This document shows, one piece after another, positions 1 to 8,080 of a stretch of 64,000 nucleotides of DNA. The notes under the pieces are model-generated. The model ran no database searches. It had not been told where the DNA came from and saw only the letters and a list, made by a program, of their open reading frames with translations. The stretch covers positions 20,374-84,373 of the forward strand of contig QQSC01000010.1 in assembly GCA_003602475.1 (NCBI GenBank), in the 5' to 3' direction. This DNA is from Candidatus Poseidoniales archaeon. Its GTDB lineage: Archaea > Thermoplasmatota > Poseidoniia > Poseidoniales > Poseidoniaceae. Numbering within the stretch: the first letter of the stretch is position 1; the number at the start of each line of letters is the position of its first letter. Both the position numbers and the translations under genes were made by a program.

Positions 1-399
1 CTCCGTCCCTGTGCCGGGGCGCCATCGGTCGGGCGATGTGAAGTTGGCTGAGGAACTTCCGGGAATGTTGGTGAGGGTGAACGTACCTTCCTCGTCGGCG
101 TCCGCAACGCAGGTGTTGATGGGCACGTCGCCTTCGCAAGCATACCATGACATGGCTCTGCCTAGGCCGTCCGAACTGCCGATGTAATTGCTCACCTCTG
201 CGGTGAAGGTGATTCTTTCGTAGGCGTTGTACCATTTGTCGGGTGCCGGTGATGGCGAGTCTGAAATCCCCAAGGAGCCAGTAACAGCGCTTGCGGTCGG
301 GGCGATGGAGAGCGCCAACAGGGTGGAGGAGAGGAGCAGGAACACCAGGCCTGCGCTTCGGCGCTGGATGCGGTCAGGGCCCCGCTCTCGCTCGCTCAT
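1..399 (-). CDS. exported protein, N-terminal 133 codons only (gene continues past the left edge)
   Basis: The reverse-strand frame is open from position 1 to an ATG at 399..397. It is absent from the ORF track because there is no stop inside the window. Translation starts MSERERGPDRIQRRSAGLVFLLLSSTLLALSIAPTASA (charged n-region, hydrophobic core, A-x-A site), which is signal-peptide-like. No catalytic motif is recognisable in the visible part. Confidence 0.5.
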   Translation of the reverse strand, partial: MSERERGPDRIQRRSAGLVFLLLSSTLLALSIAPTASAVTGSLGISDSPSPAPDKWYNAYERITFTAEVSNYIGSSDGLGRAMSWYACEGDVPINTCVADADEEGTFTLTNIPGSSSANFTSPDRWRPGTGTE

Positions 400-504
400 G
401 TTGGATTGGTCAACTTGGGGATTCAAAGACTCATCGCTTCCAAAGTGCGATGTCACCCTGTTCTCCCGGGTTGTGTTGCAAGGACAATCGCAACTATCGG
501 GGCG

Positions 505-1632
505 ATGTTCGGCGGCAACCTCATGAATCCCGAAGTCTTGAACCAAAGCATGCGCACCAAGGCAAGGCGAACCTTGGCCGCTGATGAAGGCGGGCTGACC
601 GCCGTGATTGAATTTTTATCGGCTTTTACCCTCTTTTTGATGATCTTAACGGCGTTCATCTCGTTGGCCCAGTTGCAGATGGGCCCCAACGATCCTGAGG
701 TGGATCGGCTGGATCGCGCCGCTGCAATCGGGCTTGACCGATTGACAGGAGGCGAGGGATGGTTTGTGCCTTATGATGCCTCTGGGGGCCTGGATGTGGA
801 CAACGGCACGAGCGATTGGCATGAATTGGATGCAGCAACGCTGACCAATGGACGATTGCAAGCCGGTTTGTTGGGCGATGGTATCGTTGACGACCATCGG
901 ATTTCAGCCCTTCGAAACGTTACCGAGACCGGCATGGCTCAAGGACTTGGTTTGGGCGAGGGCTTGAGTTTGCACCTTTCGATCACCGTTCAACAGCACA
1001 CCGATGCAAACCAAACAGGTTCGGTCCTCTTTGAAGGCGGCACTGAGCGTGCGAGATCTCCCGCCTCTTCCACGGCATACCGCCAATTCCATCAGGACGG
1101 TCGTGTCCTGCAAATCGTTCTGGAGGTGCACAATCGGGCGCAAAAGTTCGATGTTTTGGAACTCAGTGAAGTCATGACCCGTCCTGCTGCCGGTGGACCT
1201 GAATGGATTGAACTTCGAAATCCCAACGATTTTGCTGTTGCCCTTCGAGGTTGGTCCCTCAACCACACCTCTGGTTCAGCCACGAGCAACGTGCTGTTCC
1301 AAGAAGGGGTCGTTTCCGGCGGCGGTTTAGCGGTATTGAGCGGTGACCCCTCGACGCAATCCTACGGGAACGCAAGCGAGGTCATTGATCTGGGTCAATC
1401 CGGCTTCCTCGGCGTAGGATCCCTCAATGGACTTGATGACCGGCAAGCGATCCTCTCGTTGAGGTACACTCAATTGGAGCAGGTGACGCCCTCTGAAGTC
1501 GGTCGAACGTCTTGGGGAGGGGACACGGGGCTGTTCATGGTCACTGGTCAGTCCTTGGCGTGGGACGGGGCGGACCGTTACGCAGCAACATCTTGGTCGG
1601 TGAGCGATGCACCCTCGCCCGGAGATGTTTGA
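505..1632 (+). CDS. surface protein with type IV pilin/TadE-like N-terminal helix and C-terminal lamin tail domain (LTD)
   Basis: The ORF 406..1632 starts at TTG. The first ATGs are at 505 and 523, so the start is uncertain. The N-terminus KARRTLAADEGGLTAVIEFLSAFTLFLMILTAFISL looks like a class III signal. The LTD signature is LELSEVMTRPAAGGPEWIELRNPNDFAVALRGWSL. Confidence 0.7.
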   Translation: MFGGNLMNPEVLNQSMRTKARRTLAADEGGLTAVIEFLSAFTLFLMILTAFISLAQLQMGPNDPEVDRLDRAAAIGLDRLTGGEGWFVPYDASGGLDVDNGTSDWHELDAATLTNGRLQAGLLGDGIVDDHRISALRNVTETGMAQGLGLGEGLSLHLSITVQQHTDANQTGSVLFEGGTERARSPASSTAYRQFHQDGRVLQIVLEVHNRAQKFDVLELSEVMTRPAAGGPEWIELRNPNDFAVALRGWSLNHTSGSATSNVLFQEGVVSGGGLAVLSGDPSTQSYGNASEVIDLGQSGFLGVGSLNGLDDRQAILSLRYTQLEQVTPSEVGRTSWGGDTGLFMVTGQSLAWDGADRYAATSWSVSDAPSPGDV

Positions 1633-1704
1633 TTCACCCCGCTCGTAAGCGGCCAATCAAGGAAACACTTCATCAACCTGCAACCGTTCCTGTACCTTGT
1701 TCAC

Positions 1705-2487
1705 ATGCAGTCTTCAGGCGTTTACACCCGCGACCGGTGCGTGACCGGAATTCACGGTCTCGATGAAATTCTCCGCGGCGGGATACCCTACGGCTCAACC
1801 GTGCTGGCTGCAGGCACCTGCGGCTCTGGAAAAACAACGTTGGGGATGGAATTTCTTGTTCGCGGGGCACTGGCAGGAGAGGCATGTGCCCACTTTACGG
1901 CCACAGAGCCATCGGTCAAACTTCTTGAAAACATACGCCAATACTCCTTTTTCGACATGAACATGGTTGATTCGGGGCTCATCAACGTTTTTGACATGGA
2001 CGTGCTGTATTCCTGGTTGGGTTTGGACAAGGCCTCCTTTGACCTTGACGACGTCCACGCATTGATCAAATCCATTGTTGATATCGTCAACACGATTGGA
2101 GTTACCCGATTGGTGATCGATTCCGTGACCACCCTGTGTTACAAAATAAAGTCAGAACAACTGATTCGAGATTTTTTGTTCACCCTCGGTAAAAAATTAG
2201 CCACATTGGGGTGCACCACGATTCTCATCTCAGAGATCACCTCCGCAACTGAAAACGCCCATTGGTCGTCCTTTGGCGTTGAAGAGGCCATTGCAGACGG
2301 TATCATCGTCATGGGCGATTCGGAACGAATGGGCCACTTGCTGCGGTTCCTTCAGGTCGTGAAGATGCGGGGTACGTTCCACAGCCGGGCAAAGCATGCC
2401 ATCGAACTCACACCGTTGGGCGTGATGCTCATTCCGATGTTGAAATGGGGCGCCTCAGCTGACAAAGCCGGTCGATGGGGGCAATGA
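1705..2487 (+). CDS. KaiC/RecA-superfamily ATPase, intact P-loop
   Basis: GIHGLDEILRGGIPYGSTVLAAGTCGSGKTTLGMEF contains the Walker A motif, and RLVIDSVTTL is Walker B-like. The length (260 aa) and layout match single-domain archaeal KaiC-like proteins. Confidence 0.85.
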   Translation: MQSSGVYTRDRCVTGIHGLDEILRGGIPYGSTVLAAGTCGSGKTTLGMEFLVRGALAGEACAHFTATEPSVKLLENIRQYSFFDMNMVDSGLINVFDMDVLYSWLGLDKASFDLDDVHALIKSIVDIVNTIGVTRLVIDSVTTLCYKIKSEQLIRDFLFTLGKKLATLGCTTILISEITSATENAHWSSFGVEEAIADGIIVMGDSERMGHLLRFLQVVKMRGTFHSRAKHAIELTPLGVMLIPMLKWGASADKAGRWGQ

Positions 2488-3074
2488 GCATGTTTGAACT
2501 GGACCAAATGATCGCCGAGCAGTTGACACAAGTGTCCCTCAGCAGCGCCATCCAAGTCCGAGTAGGCACAGGCAACGCCTTTGGCGTTACGGCCAGCACC
2601 ATGCTACCTCTCATGCAGATGTTTGAGATGGGGGGCGTTTACATTTCCGCAAGCCGAGGGGCTGTGGAAATCATACAAGCCTACGAGGCCATTGGCATTG
2701 ACGTCTCCAACATCCATTTCTTGGATCTCGTTTCGTCCGGAGTGATGGGCGGTACGGACGTGAATTACCCCAACATCACTTTCGTTGACAGCCCCATCAT
2801 GTTGGAATCGATTTTATTGAGGACGTTGTACACGCTGCGCACCGTAAGCACACCTCGGAATTTCGTGATTCTCGACAGCATCAATGCGCTTTCCATTTAC
2901 AACGATGAGCGCATGCTTGCCGAATATCTTCACACCTTCATCAACACCTTTCGCCAGCGAGAGGTGCTCTCTGTCCTGTTGACCGTCCCGGACCAAACAC
3001 CACCGTTGGTTTTGGCCAATCTCGACACCTACTGCACGGACATTGTCGATCGTGGGCAAGTGGTTCTTCTCTGA
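2484..3074 (+). CDS. KaiC/RecA-fold paralog with degenerate P-loop
   Basis: In-frame ATGs occur at 2475, 2484 and 2490. The ATG at 2484 forms an ATGA overlap with the upstream stop (2485..2487). The fold landmark FVILDSINALS is retained, but the P-loop position reads VGTGNAFGVT. Confidence 0.65.
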   Translation: MSMFELDQMIAEQLTQVSLSSAIQVRVGTGNAFGVTASTMLPLMQMFEMGGVYISASRGAVEIIQAYEAIGIDVSNIHFLDLVSSGVMGGTDVNYPNITFVDSPIMLESILLRTLYTLRTVSTPRNFVILDSINALSIYNDERMLAEYLHTFINTFRQREVLSVLLTVPDQTPPLVLANLDTYCTDIVDRGQVVLL

Positions 3075-3083
3075 GGTGAGTTC

Positions 3084-3887
3084 ATGGCAAGAAAAATGAC
3101 CTTTGATGCAGATGACGAAGAATTCTTTGGAAAAGTAGGGTCGTTTGGTGTCCCGAAATTCGACAATGAAATGCACGGTGGTGTCCCCCGCGGGTTCACC
3201 ATTGTGGCGTTTACTGAAACCGGTTCGGGCAGCGAGTTGTTTGCCAAACAATTCACCTCCCCGGCCGAAGAATCGGAAAACACCCTGTACATCACCACGG
3301 ATGAAGGCGAACAAGAAATTGCTCGCATCTTCCAAAAGTACGGCTGGCCGCTCGACATCAACGTGCGCACCATCGGCGAAGAATACAACGCCAATGTTCT
3401 CGAGAGAGAACTCCTTGCCAGCCGTTACCGCCTTGAGGGGTTCCGTCTCGAAGACATTCAGCGTCTGGCTCAAACACGATTCGTGGACGACTCCAGCCAG
3501 GATTACCTCACCGAAGTGACCAACGAAATCATGGGATTGGGTCCATACTTCCGTGCGGTTCTTGACAATCTTGATTTCTTTTTGCAACGCAACGATAAAT
3601 CTCGGGTTCTTTCCATGGTTCGTATGTTGCAAGCCCATGCTCAAATGGTGCGTGGGATTCTCATGATTTCGGTTTCGACCGATGGTCTAGATTCCACTGT
3701 GAAACAAGAACTGTCCTCCATTGCAGACATGGTGCTCTCGTTCAAGGTTCGAACGATTGGTACGGACTTTGAGAATTCAATGATCGTAAGCAAATTCCGA
3801 AACGCCCCAGAGAACCTCAAGATTCTCGTGTTCCGAGTCACGCCCGATGAAGGCATCACCCCCGAAACCGTGGAGCGTATCGCTTGA
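3084..3887 (+). CDS. KaiC/RecA-fold paralog with degenerate Walker A (GSGSE)
   Basis: FDNEMHGGVPRGFTIVAFTETGSGSELFAKQF parallels the KaiC N-terminal motif, but the Walker A Lys/Thr are replaced by Ser/Glu. AVLDNLD lies at the Walker B position. The gene starts 9 nt after the previous stop. Confidence 0.75.
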   Translation: MARKMTFDADDEEFFGKVGSFGVPKFDNEMHGGVPRGFTIVAFTETGSGSELFAKQFTSPAEESENTLYITTDEGEQEIARIFQKYGWPLDINVRTIGEEYNANVLERELLASRYRLEGFRLEDIQRLAQTRFVDDSSQDYLTEVTNEIMGLGPYFRAVLDNLDFFLQRNDKSRVLSMVRMLQAHAQMVRGILMISVSTDGLDSTVKQELSSIADMVLSFKVRTIGTDFENSMIVSKFRNAPENLKILVFRVTPDEGITPETVERIA

Positions 3888-3942
3888 AGTTGTATTGGGA
3901 AATCAACGACACCTCCAAAACAGTCGGGCTTCAGCCGGGGTC

Positions 3943-4704
3943 ATGGGCACAAGAGCGGCGACTGGGGGGTACGACCCATCCGGTATCGATTTGGAAGCTT
4001 GGGAGTCGCTGGAAGCCCAACTTGAAGCCACCATCCCCAACTACGATCGGGTCAACAAATGGATGACCTTTCGTCAGGACAAACGATGGCGTCGCAACGT
4101 CCGTAATCACGCCGCTCAAGGCATGAAAGTGCTTGAGGTGGGCTGCGGCCCAGGATCGTTTGCAGAAGACTTGGTGGGGCTCGATGTGACGTGCCTCGAC
4201 CCTTCTCCAGAGATGTTGGCTACGGCAAAACAACGCGTCGACGGAGCGAGGGAAAAAAGAGGGGAGGCGCCCGCTGAATACGTCGAAGCAATCGCCGAAG
4301 AGATCCCCCTGCCCGACAACACCTACGACATGGTGTTTTGTTTGTTTTCATTCAGGGACTTTCGTGATAAAGAACAAGGTCTAAGGGAGATTTTTAGAGT
4401 TCTCAAACCGGGCGGTCGCCTCGTCATGTGCGATGCCGGAAAGGCCAACAGAATTCACGGCTTTTTCGGTTACTTGTGGATGAACACCGGCGTCCAGGTG
4501 ATGGCCCGGATCCTCACACGTGAGCGCAACCACCCGTGGAAGGGTCTTGCAAAGTCCTACACTCACTACGGGACGAACGGATATTATCGTAAAATGATGA
4601 AAAGAGTCGGGTTTGAAAGCGTGGATGGCCGCTTGCTTCTTCCCTTTGGAATGGCAAGCCGATTCAGGGGCACGAAACCTGTGTCCAGTCAACAACCCCG
4701 TTAG
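3943..4704 (+). CDS. ubiE: UbiE/MenG-family class I SAM-dependent methyltransferase
   Basis: YDRVNKWMTFRQDKRWRRNV matches the UbiE YD-x-mN-x-mS-x-G-x-h-R-x-WR motif. VLEVGCGPGSF is SAM motif I, and VLKPGGRLV is also present. The ORF opens at 3847 inside the previous gene, so I chose the first ATG after that gene's stop (3943). Confidence 0.8.
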   Translation: MGTRAATGGYDPSGIDLEAWESLEAQLEATIPNYDRVNKWMTFRQDKRWRRNVRNHAAQGMKVLEVGCGPGSFAEDLVGLDVTCLDPSPEMLATAKQRVDGAREKRGEAPAEYVEAIAEEIPLPDNTYDMVFCLFSFRDFRDKEQGLREIFRVLKPGGRLVMCDAGKANRIHGFFGYLWMNTGVQVMARILTRERNHPWKGLAKSYTHYGTNGYYRKMMKRVGFESVDGRLLLPFGMASRFRGTKPVSSQQPR

Positions 4705-4740
4705 ACTCTTAAACCCCGCTTAGTTGACCGGAAGCAACAG

Positions 4741-5064
4741 GTGCTTGACATGGGTATGGTTGACGTCCTCCGAAGCATCAAAAACGCAGAACAGGCTGCA
4801 GAAAAGCGCCTTTCTGACGCTCAAGATGAAGTTGCAAAGCTTCTGTCTGACGCCCGTAAAAAGTCATCAGAGATGATTCAAACTGCGGCTGACACATCCG
4901 TCGCTGCATCCCAAGCCATTCTTGACGACGCACGGAACAAGGCGCAGGCTGAAGCCGATGTGGTCAAGGCTGACGGCGCCAAAGCTGTTGCCAGCATTGA
5001 ATCAAAGTCGGCTAACAATCAAGCCAAGGCCGTTCAGATGGTCATCGATTCCCTTTCTTCTTGA
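4741..5064 (+). CDS. atpH: A-type ATP synthase subunit H
   Basis: Small charged coiled-coil protein (VLRSIKNAEQAAEKRLSDAQDEVAKLLSDARKK) at the head of the ATPase operon. Candidate starts are GTG at 4741 and ATGs at 4750 and 4756. Confidence 0.75.
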   Translation: MLDMGMVDVLRSIKNAEQAAEKRLSDAQDEVAKLLSDARKKSSEMIQTAADTSVAASQAILDDARNKAQAEADVVKADGAKAVASIESKSANNQAKAVQMVIDSLSS

Positions 5065-5075
5065 GTTGAGCCGCC

Positions 5076-7112
5076 ATGTTTGACACCGTTGCCATGTCCC
5101 GTTTGACAGTGGCTGCGCCGCTGTCCAACATGGAAGATGTGCTCCGTGCCTGCACCAACGAGGGCTGCGTCCACGTGGAGACCTACGCCAACTTCGAAGA
5201 CGGCATCCAAGTCGGTCAAGCCATCAACTCCGATGAAGCCAACGAGGTCAGCGCCCTTCTTGCAAAGGTGCGGGCAGCCGTCTCCGCTTTCAAACCCGTC
5301 AACGCCGACGGTCCCTTGCCGGTTCGCAAAATCAAGGACCTCATTTCAGGGGATTTTCCCGCTCAACTTCAGGACAGCTTGAACCATCTTGACCAGCAAC
5401 GCGACGCTGAGGCCGAGGTGGCTCTTCTGGTGGAGCAAATCAAACTCATGAAGCGCTTGGTGCCTTTAGGTGTCGATCTTGAACTTCTCATGGGCAGCGA
5501 CCGAGTTGAGGTCTTCGTCGCTGAAACCTCAAAGGCAAGCAAAGCCGCCTCCACCTTTGGTGAACTGGCTTCAAGAGTTGAACTCGCTTCCGCTCCGGGC
5601 GTTGTTGCCGTCGCTTGCATGCCATCGGATTCAGCGGAAGTCCAGATGGCTCTTGGCGAGTTGGGCGGAAAACCTGTTCAAATTCCCAACATGGAAGGCT
5701 CCCCCAAGAAAATTCTTGGCGCTCTCATCATGCAAAAGGAATCGGCTCAAGCCACGCAAGAGTCCTCCAAGAAACAAGCCAACAAATGGGCCGATGCCAA
5801 CGCTCGTCATCTCTTGGCTGTCCAAGAACACCTGTCAAAGGAAGATGAAATTTTCACGGCACCCACGCAAATGGCCGTTTCCGGTCAAGCCTTTGCACTG
5901 GACGCTTGGGTCCCCACAGCCAAGGAACAAAGCATTCGTGCATCGCTCAAGCACATCGCCTCTCACGTTGAAGTCGAAGCGTTTGTCAACGACCATCACG
6001 GCCACGACGACCACGACGACCACGGCGAGGAAGTTGCCCCTCCTATCGCTCTTGAAAACGGTGAGGTCTCCAAGCCGTTTGAACTGCTGGTTGGCCTTGT
6101 TGGGCGACCAGCGTACGGCACGTTCGACCCCACCTTCTTCATGATGCTGACCTTCCCCATCATTTACGGGCTGATCCTCGGCGATTTCGGATATGGCCTC
6201 ATCGTTCTTCTCATTGGCATGTACCTCGGGACCAAGCCCTTCGCTGCTGACCCCGTGGTCAACAACGGCATCACCATTTTGAAGTGGATGGGCGTATGGT
6301 GCATCATTTGGGGCCTGCTGTTTGCTGAAGGGTTTGGCTTTGTGTGGGATGAAAGCTGGTCTCCCCTTGCACCGTTTTACGAGTGGACAAAGAGCATGAC
6401 CGACGGCAACCTTCCTGAGTTCGTCACCGGGACGCTCGGTATGAGCCACACCTACATCCCCTTCCACCGCGCTACCGGTGCGCTGACCGACTATGTGCTG
6501 CTCTCCGTTTACCTCGGTATCGTGCACCTCGCCTTCGGTTTCATCCTCGGTTTCATCAACGTGGCACGAGGTCACGGCCTTGCTGCTGCGTTCTTCGAAA
6601 AAGGCAGTTGGATGCTCATCCTCTTCGGCGGCACCCTTCACATTTACGGTTTCCTCACCGACCCGGACATCATCGCCACCACACCCACGATTTGGGCCAT
6701 GGTGACCCTTGTCGGCGTGGCTTGCCTGATCGTTGGCCTGGCCGTGTACGAGAAGTTCGGGTGGGCAGGTGGCATCATCATGGGCCCCATCGAAACCTTT
6801 GGGCTGCTTGCGAACACCTTGTCGTACTTGCGTGTGATGGGCGTCGGTGTTGCCGGCGTCAAGATTGCAGAAGTCTCCATCACCATGGGCTTCGATTTGA
6901 TGGTCACGACCTCCAACCCCCTCCTCATGGTGGTTGGTTTGCTGCTCTTTGTCCTCATTCAGGCCTTTGCTCTTGCATTGGGCATCTTGTCCCCCAGCAT
7001 TCACGCTGCCCGTCTCCACTTTGTGGAATGGATGGGCAAATTTTACGACGGAACCGGCCGGATTTTTTCCCCGCTCGGCGGCCGTACCCTCCACACGGAG
7101 GGGCAATCATAG
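5076..7112 (+). CDS. atpI: A-type ATP synthase subunit I (stator/proton channel a-subunit)
   Basis: 678 aa with a soluble N-terminal half and a polytopic C-terminal half containing NTLSYLRVMGVGVAG (the conserved channel Arg helix) and LHFVEWMGKFY. Its operon position lies between atpH and atpK. Confidence 0.95.
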   Translation: MFDTVAMSRLTVAAPLSNMEDVLRACTNEGCVHVETYANFEDGIQVGQAINSDEANEVSALLAKVRAAVSAFKPVNADGPLPVRKIKDLISGDFPAQLQDSLNHLDQQRDAEAEVALLVEQIKLMKRLVPLGVDLELLMGSDRVEVFVAETSKASKAASTFGELASRVELASAPGVVAVACMPSDSAEVQMALGELGGKPVQIPNMEGSPKKILGALIMQKESAQATQESSKKQANKWADANARHLLAVQEHLSKEDEIFTAPTQMAVSGQAFALDAWVPTAKEQSIRASLKHIASHVEVEAFVNDHHGHDDHDDHGEEVAPPIALENGEVSKPFELLVGLVGRPAYGTFDPTFFMMLTFPIIYGLILGDFGYGLIVLLIGMYLGTKPFAADPVVNNGITILKWMGVWCIIWGLLFAEGFGFVWDESWSPLAPFYEWTKSMTDGNLPEFVTGTLGMSHTYIPFHRATGALTDYVLLSVYLGIVHLAFGFILGFINVARGHGLAAAFFEKGSWMLILFGGTLHIYGFLTDPDIIATTPTIWAMVTLVGVACLIVGLAVYEKFGWAGGIIMGPIETFGLLANTLSYLRVMGVGVAGVKIAEVSITMGFDLMVTTSNPLLMVVGLLLFVLIQAFALALGILSPSIHAARLHFVEWMGKFYDGTGRIFSPLGGRTLHTEGQS

Positions 7113-7140
7113 TCCCATGGACAAACTAGGAGGTAGAAAA

Positions 7141-7452
7141 ATGAACAACATTACCCTAAAAAAGAGCCTGCGCACGCTGATCGTACTTTTGACCCTCGCC
7201 TTGGTCGCCCAAGGCGTTGCTGCAGAAGGCGAAACAACGGAATCTGTGAACGCCATGACCGGTGACATCGGTGTCGGCCTCGCCCTTGGCCTTGCTGCCA
7301 TCGGCGCTGGCTTCTCCCAAGCTGCCATCGGATCCGCTGCTATCGGCATGATCGCTGAAGACGACGGAAAGTTCGGTTACGGACTCATCTTCACTGCGCT
7401 TCCTGAATCCATCGTGATTCTGGGCGCTCTCCCACTCTTCTTGGGCAACTGA
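7141..7452 (+). CDS. atpK: A-type ATP synthase proteolipid subunit K (c), with N-terminal hydrophobic extension
   Basis: The ATG at 7141 is preceded by ggaggtag. The hairpin GVGLALGLAAIGAGFSQAAIGSAAIG ... GLIFTALPESIVILGALPLF carries the conserved carboxylate (E in PES). The longer ORF from 6934 overlaps atpI and is unlikely. Confidence 0.9.
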   Translation: MNNITLKKSLRTLIVLLTLALVAQGVAAEGETTESVNAMTGDIGVGLALGLAAIGAGFSQAAIGSAAIGMIAEDDGKFGYGLIFTALPESIVILGALPLFLGN

Positions 7453-7512
7453 GTCCAGAAAGTGAGAAACCGGGGCTTCGGCCCCATCGCAAGAAAGAAT
7501 GGAGAGAAGAAC

Positions 7513-8076
7513 ATGACATTAGAAACACTGGCAAAAGACATTGCAGAAGCTGCAGAGACTGAAGCGAAGAACATGATTGCTGCTGCCAAAGACGAAGCTC
7601 AGGCTCTCGTCGATGAAGCAAGCACTCGGGTTGCAGAAATTGAAAGCGAAGCCAAACAGCGCGCTGAAAAAGAAGCCGGCCAAATCGCTCGTGAAGTGGT
7701 GGCAAGCGCTCGCCAATCCAATCAAAAAGACGTGCTCGTCGCACGTCGAATGGTGTTGGATGCGACCTACAACACCGCAAAGAGCACCGTTGCAGATCCT
7801 GGTATGAAAGGACGAGCGGCTATCCTGAAAGCCCTCTTGGCAGAAGCCAAGAAGGTTGGCAAGGGTGATTTCGTCGTCCGTCCCGTGGCGGTTGACGAAG
7901 CGGCCATCAAGAAAGGTGCTGGTGATTTCAAAATGGGCGATTCCGTAGACGGCTTGGGTGGATTCATCCTCGAGGCCGCCGACGGATCGGTGTCCTTTGA
8001 CATGCGCTTTGACAACATGCTTGGCCGAGCCTGGTCTGACCAGCTGGCCAACATCAACGCAACGTTGTTTGAATGA
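7513..8076 (+). CDS. atpE: A-type ATP synthase subunit E
   Basis: The ATG at 7513 follows ggagag. The N-terminus is a charged helix and the C-terminus a globular domain (GGFILEAADGSVSFDMRFDNML), which is typical of AtpE. Confidence 0.9.
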   Translation: MTLETLAKDIAEAAETEAKNMIAAAKDEAQALVDEASTRVAEIESEAKQRAEKEAGQIAREVVASARQSNQKDVLVARRMVLDATYNTAKSTVADPGMKGRAAILKALLAEAKKVGKGDFVVRPVAVDEAAIKKGAGDFKMGDSVDGLGGFILEAADGSVSFDMRFDNMLGRAWSDQLANINATLFE

Positions 8077-8080
8077 GGTG

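Noticed and set aside
2814-3644. 276-aa minus-strand ORF spanning the junction of KaiC-like genes 2 and 3
   Set aside because: It overlaps two plus-strand genes that have fold-specific motifs and SD/ATGA coupling. It has no motif of its own, so I treat it as a shadow ORF.
1705-3887. Interpretation of the KaiC-like genes as an archaellum (ArlH/FlaH) locus
   Set aside because: No archaellin, FlaI/ArlI, FlaJ/ArlJ or FlaF/G genes are present in the window, and three KaiC-like paralogs in tandem is not the archaellum layout.
5835-7106. 423-aa minus-strand ORF antisense to atpI
   Set aside because: It lies entirely inside the high-confidence AtpI gene. The translation is compositionally odd (runs of V, H, G, D mirroring the sense His/Asp run) with no recognisable motif, so it is a typical shadow ORF of a GC-rich coding region.
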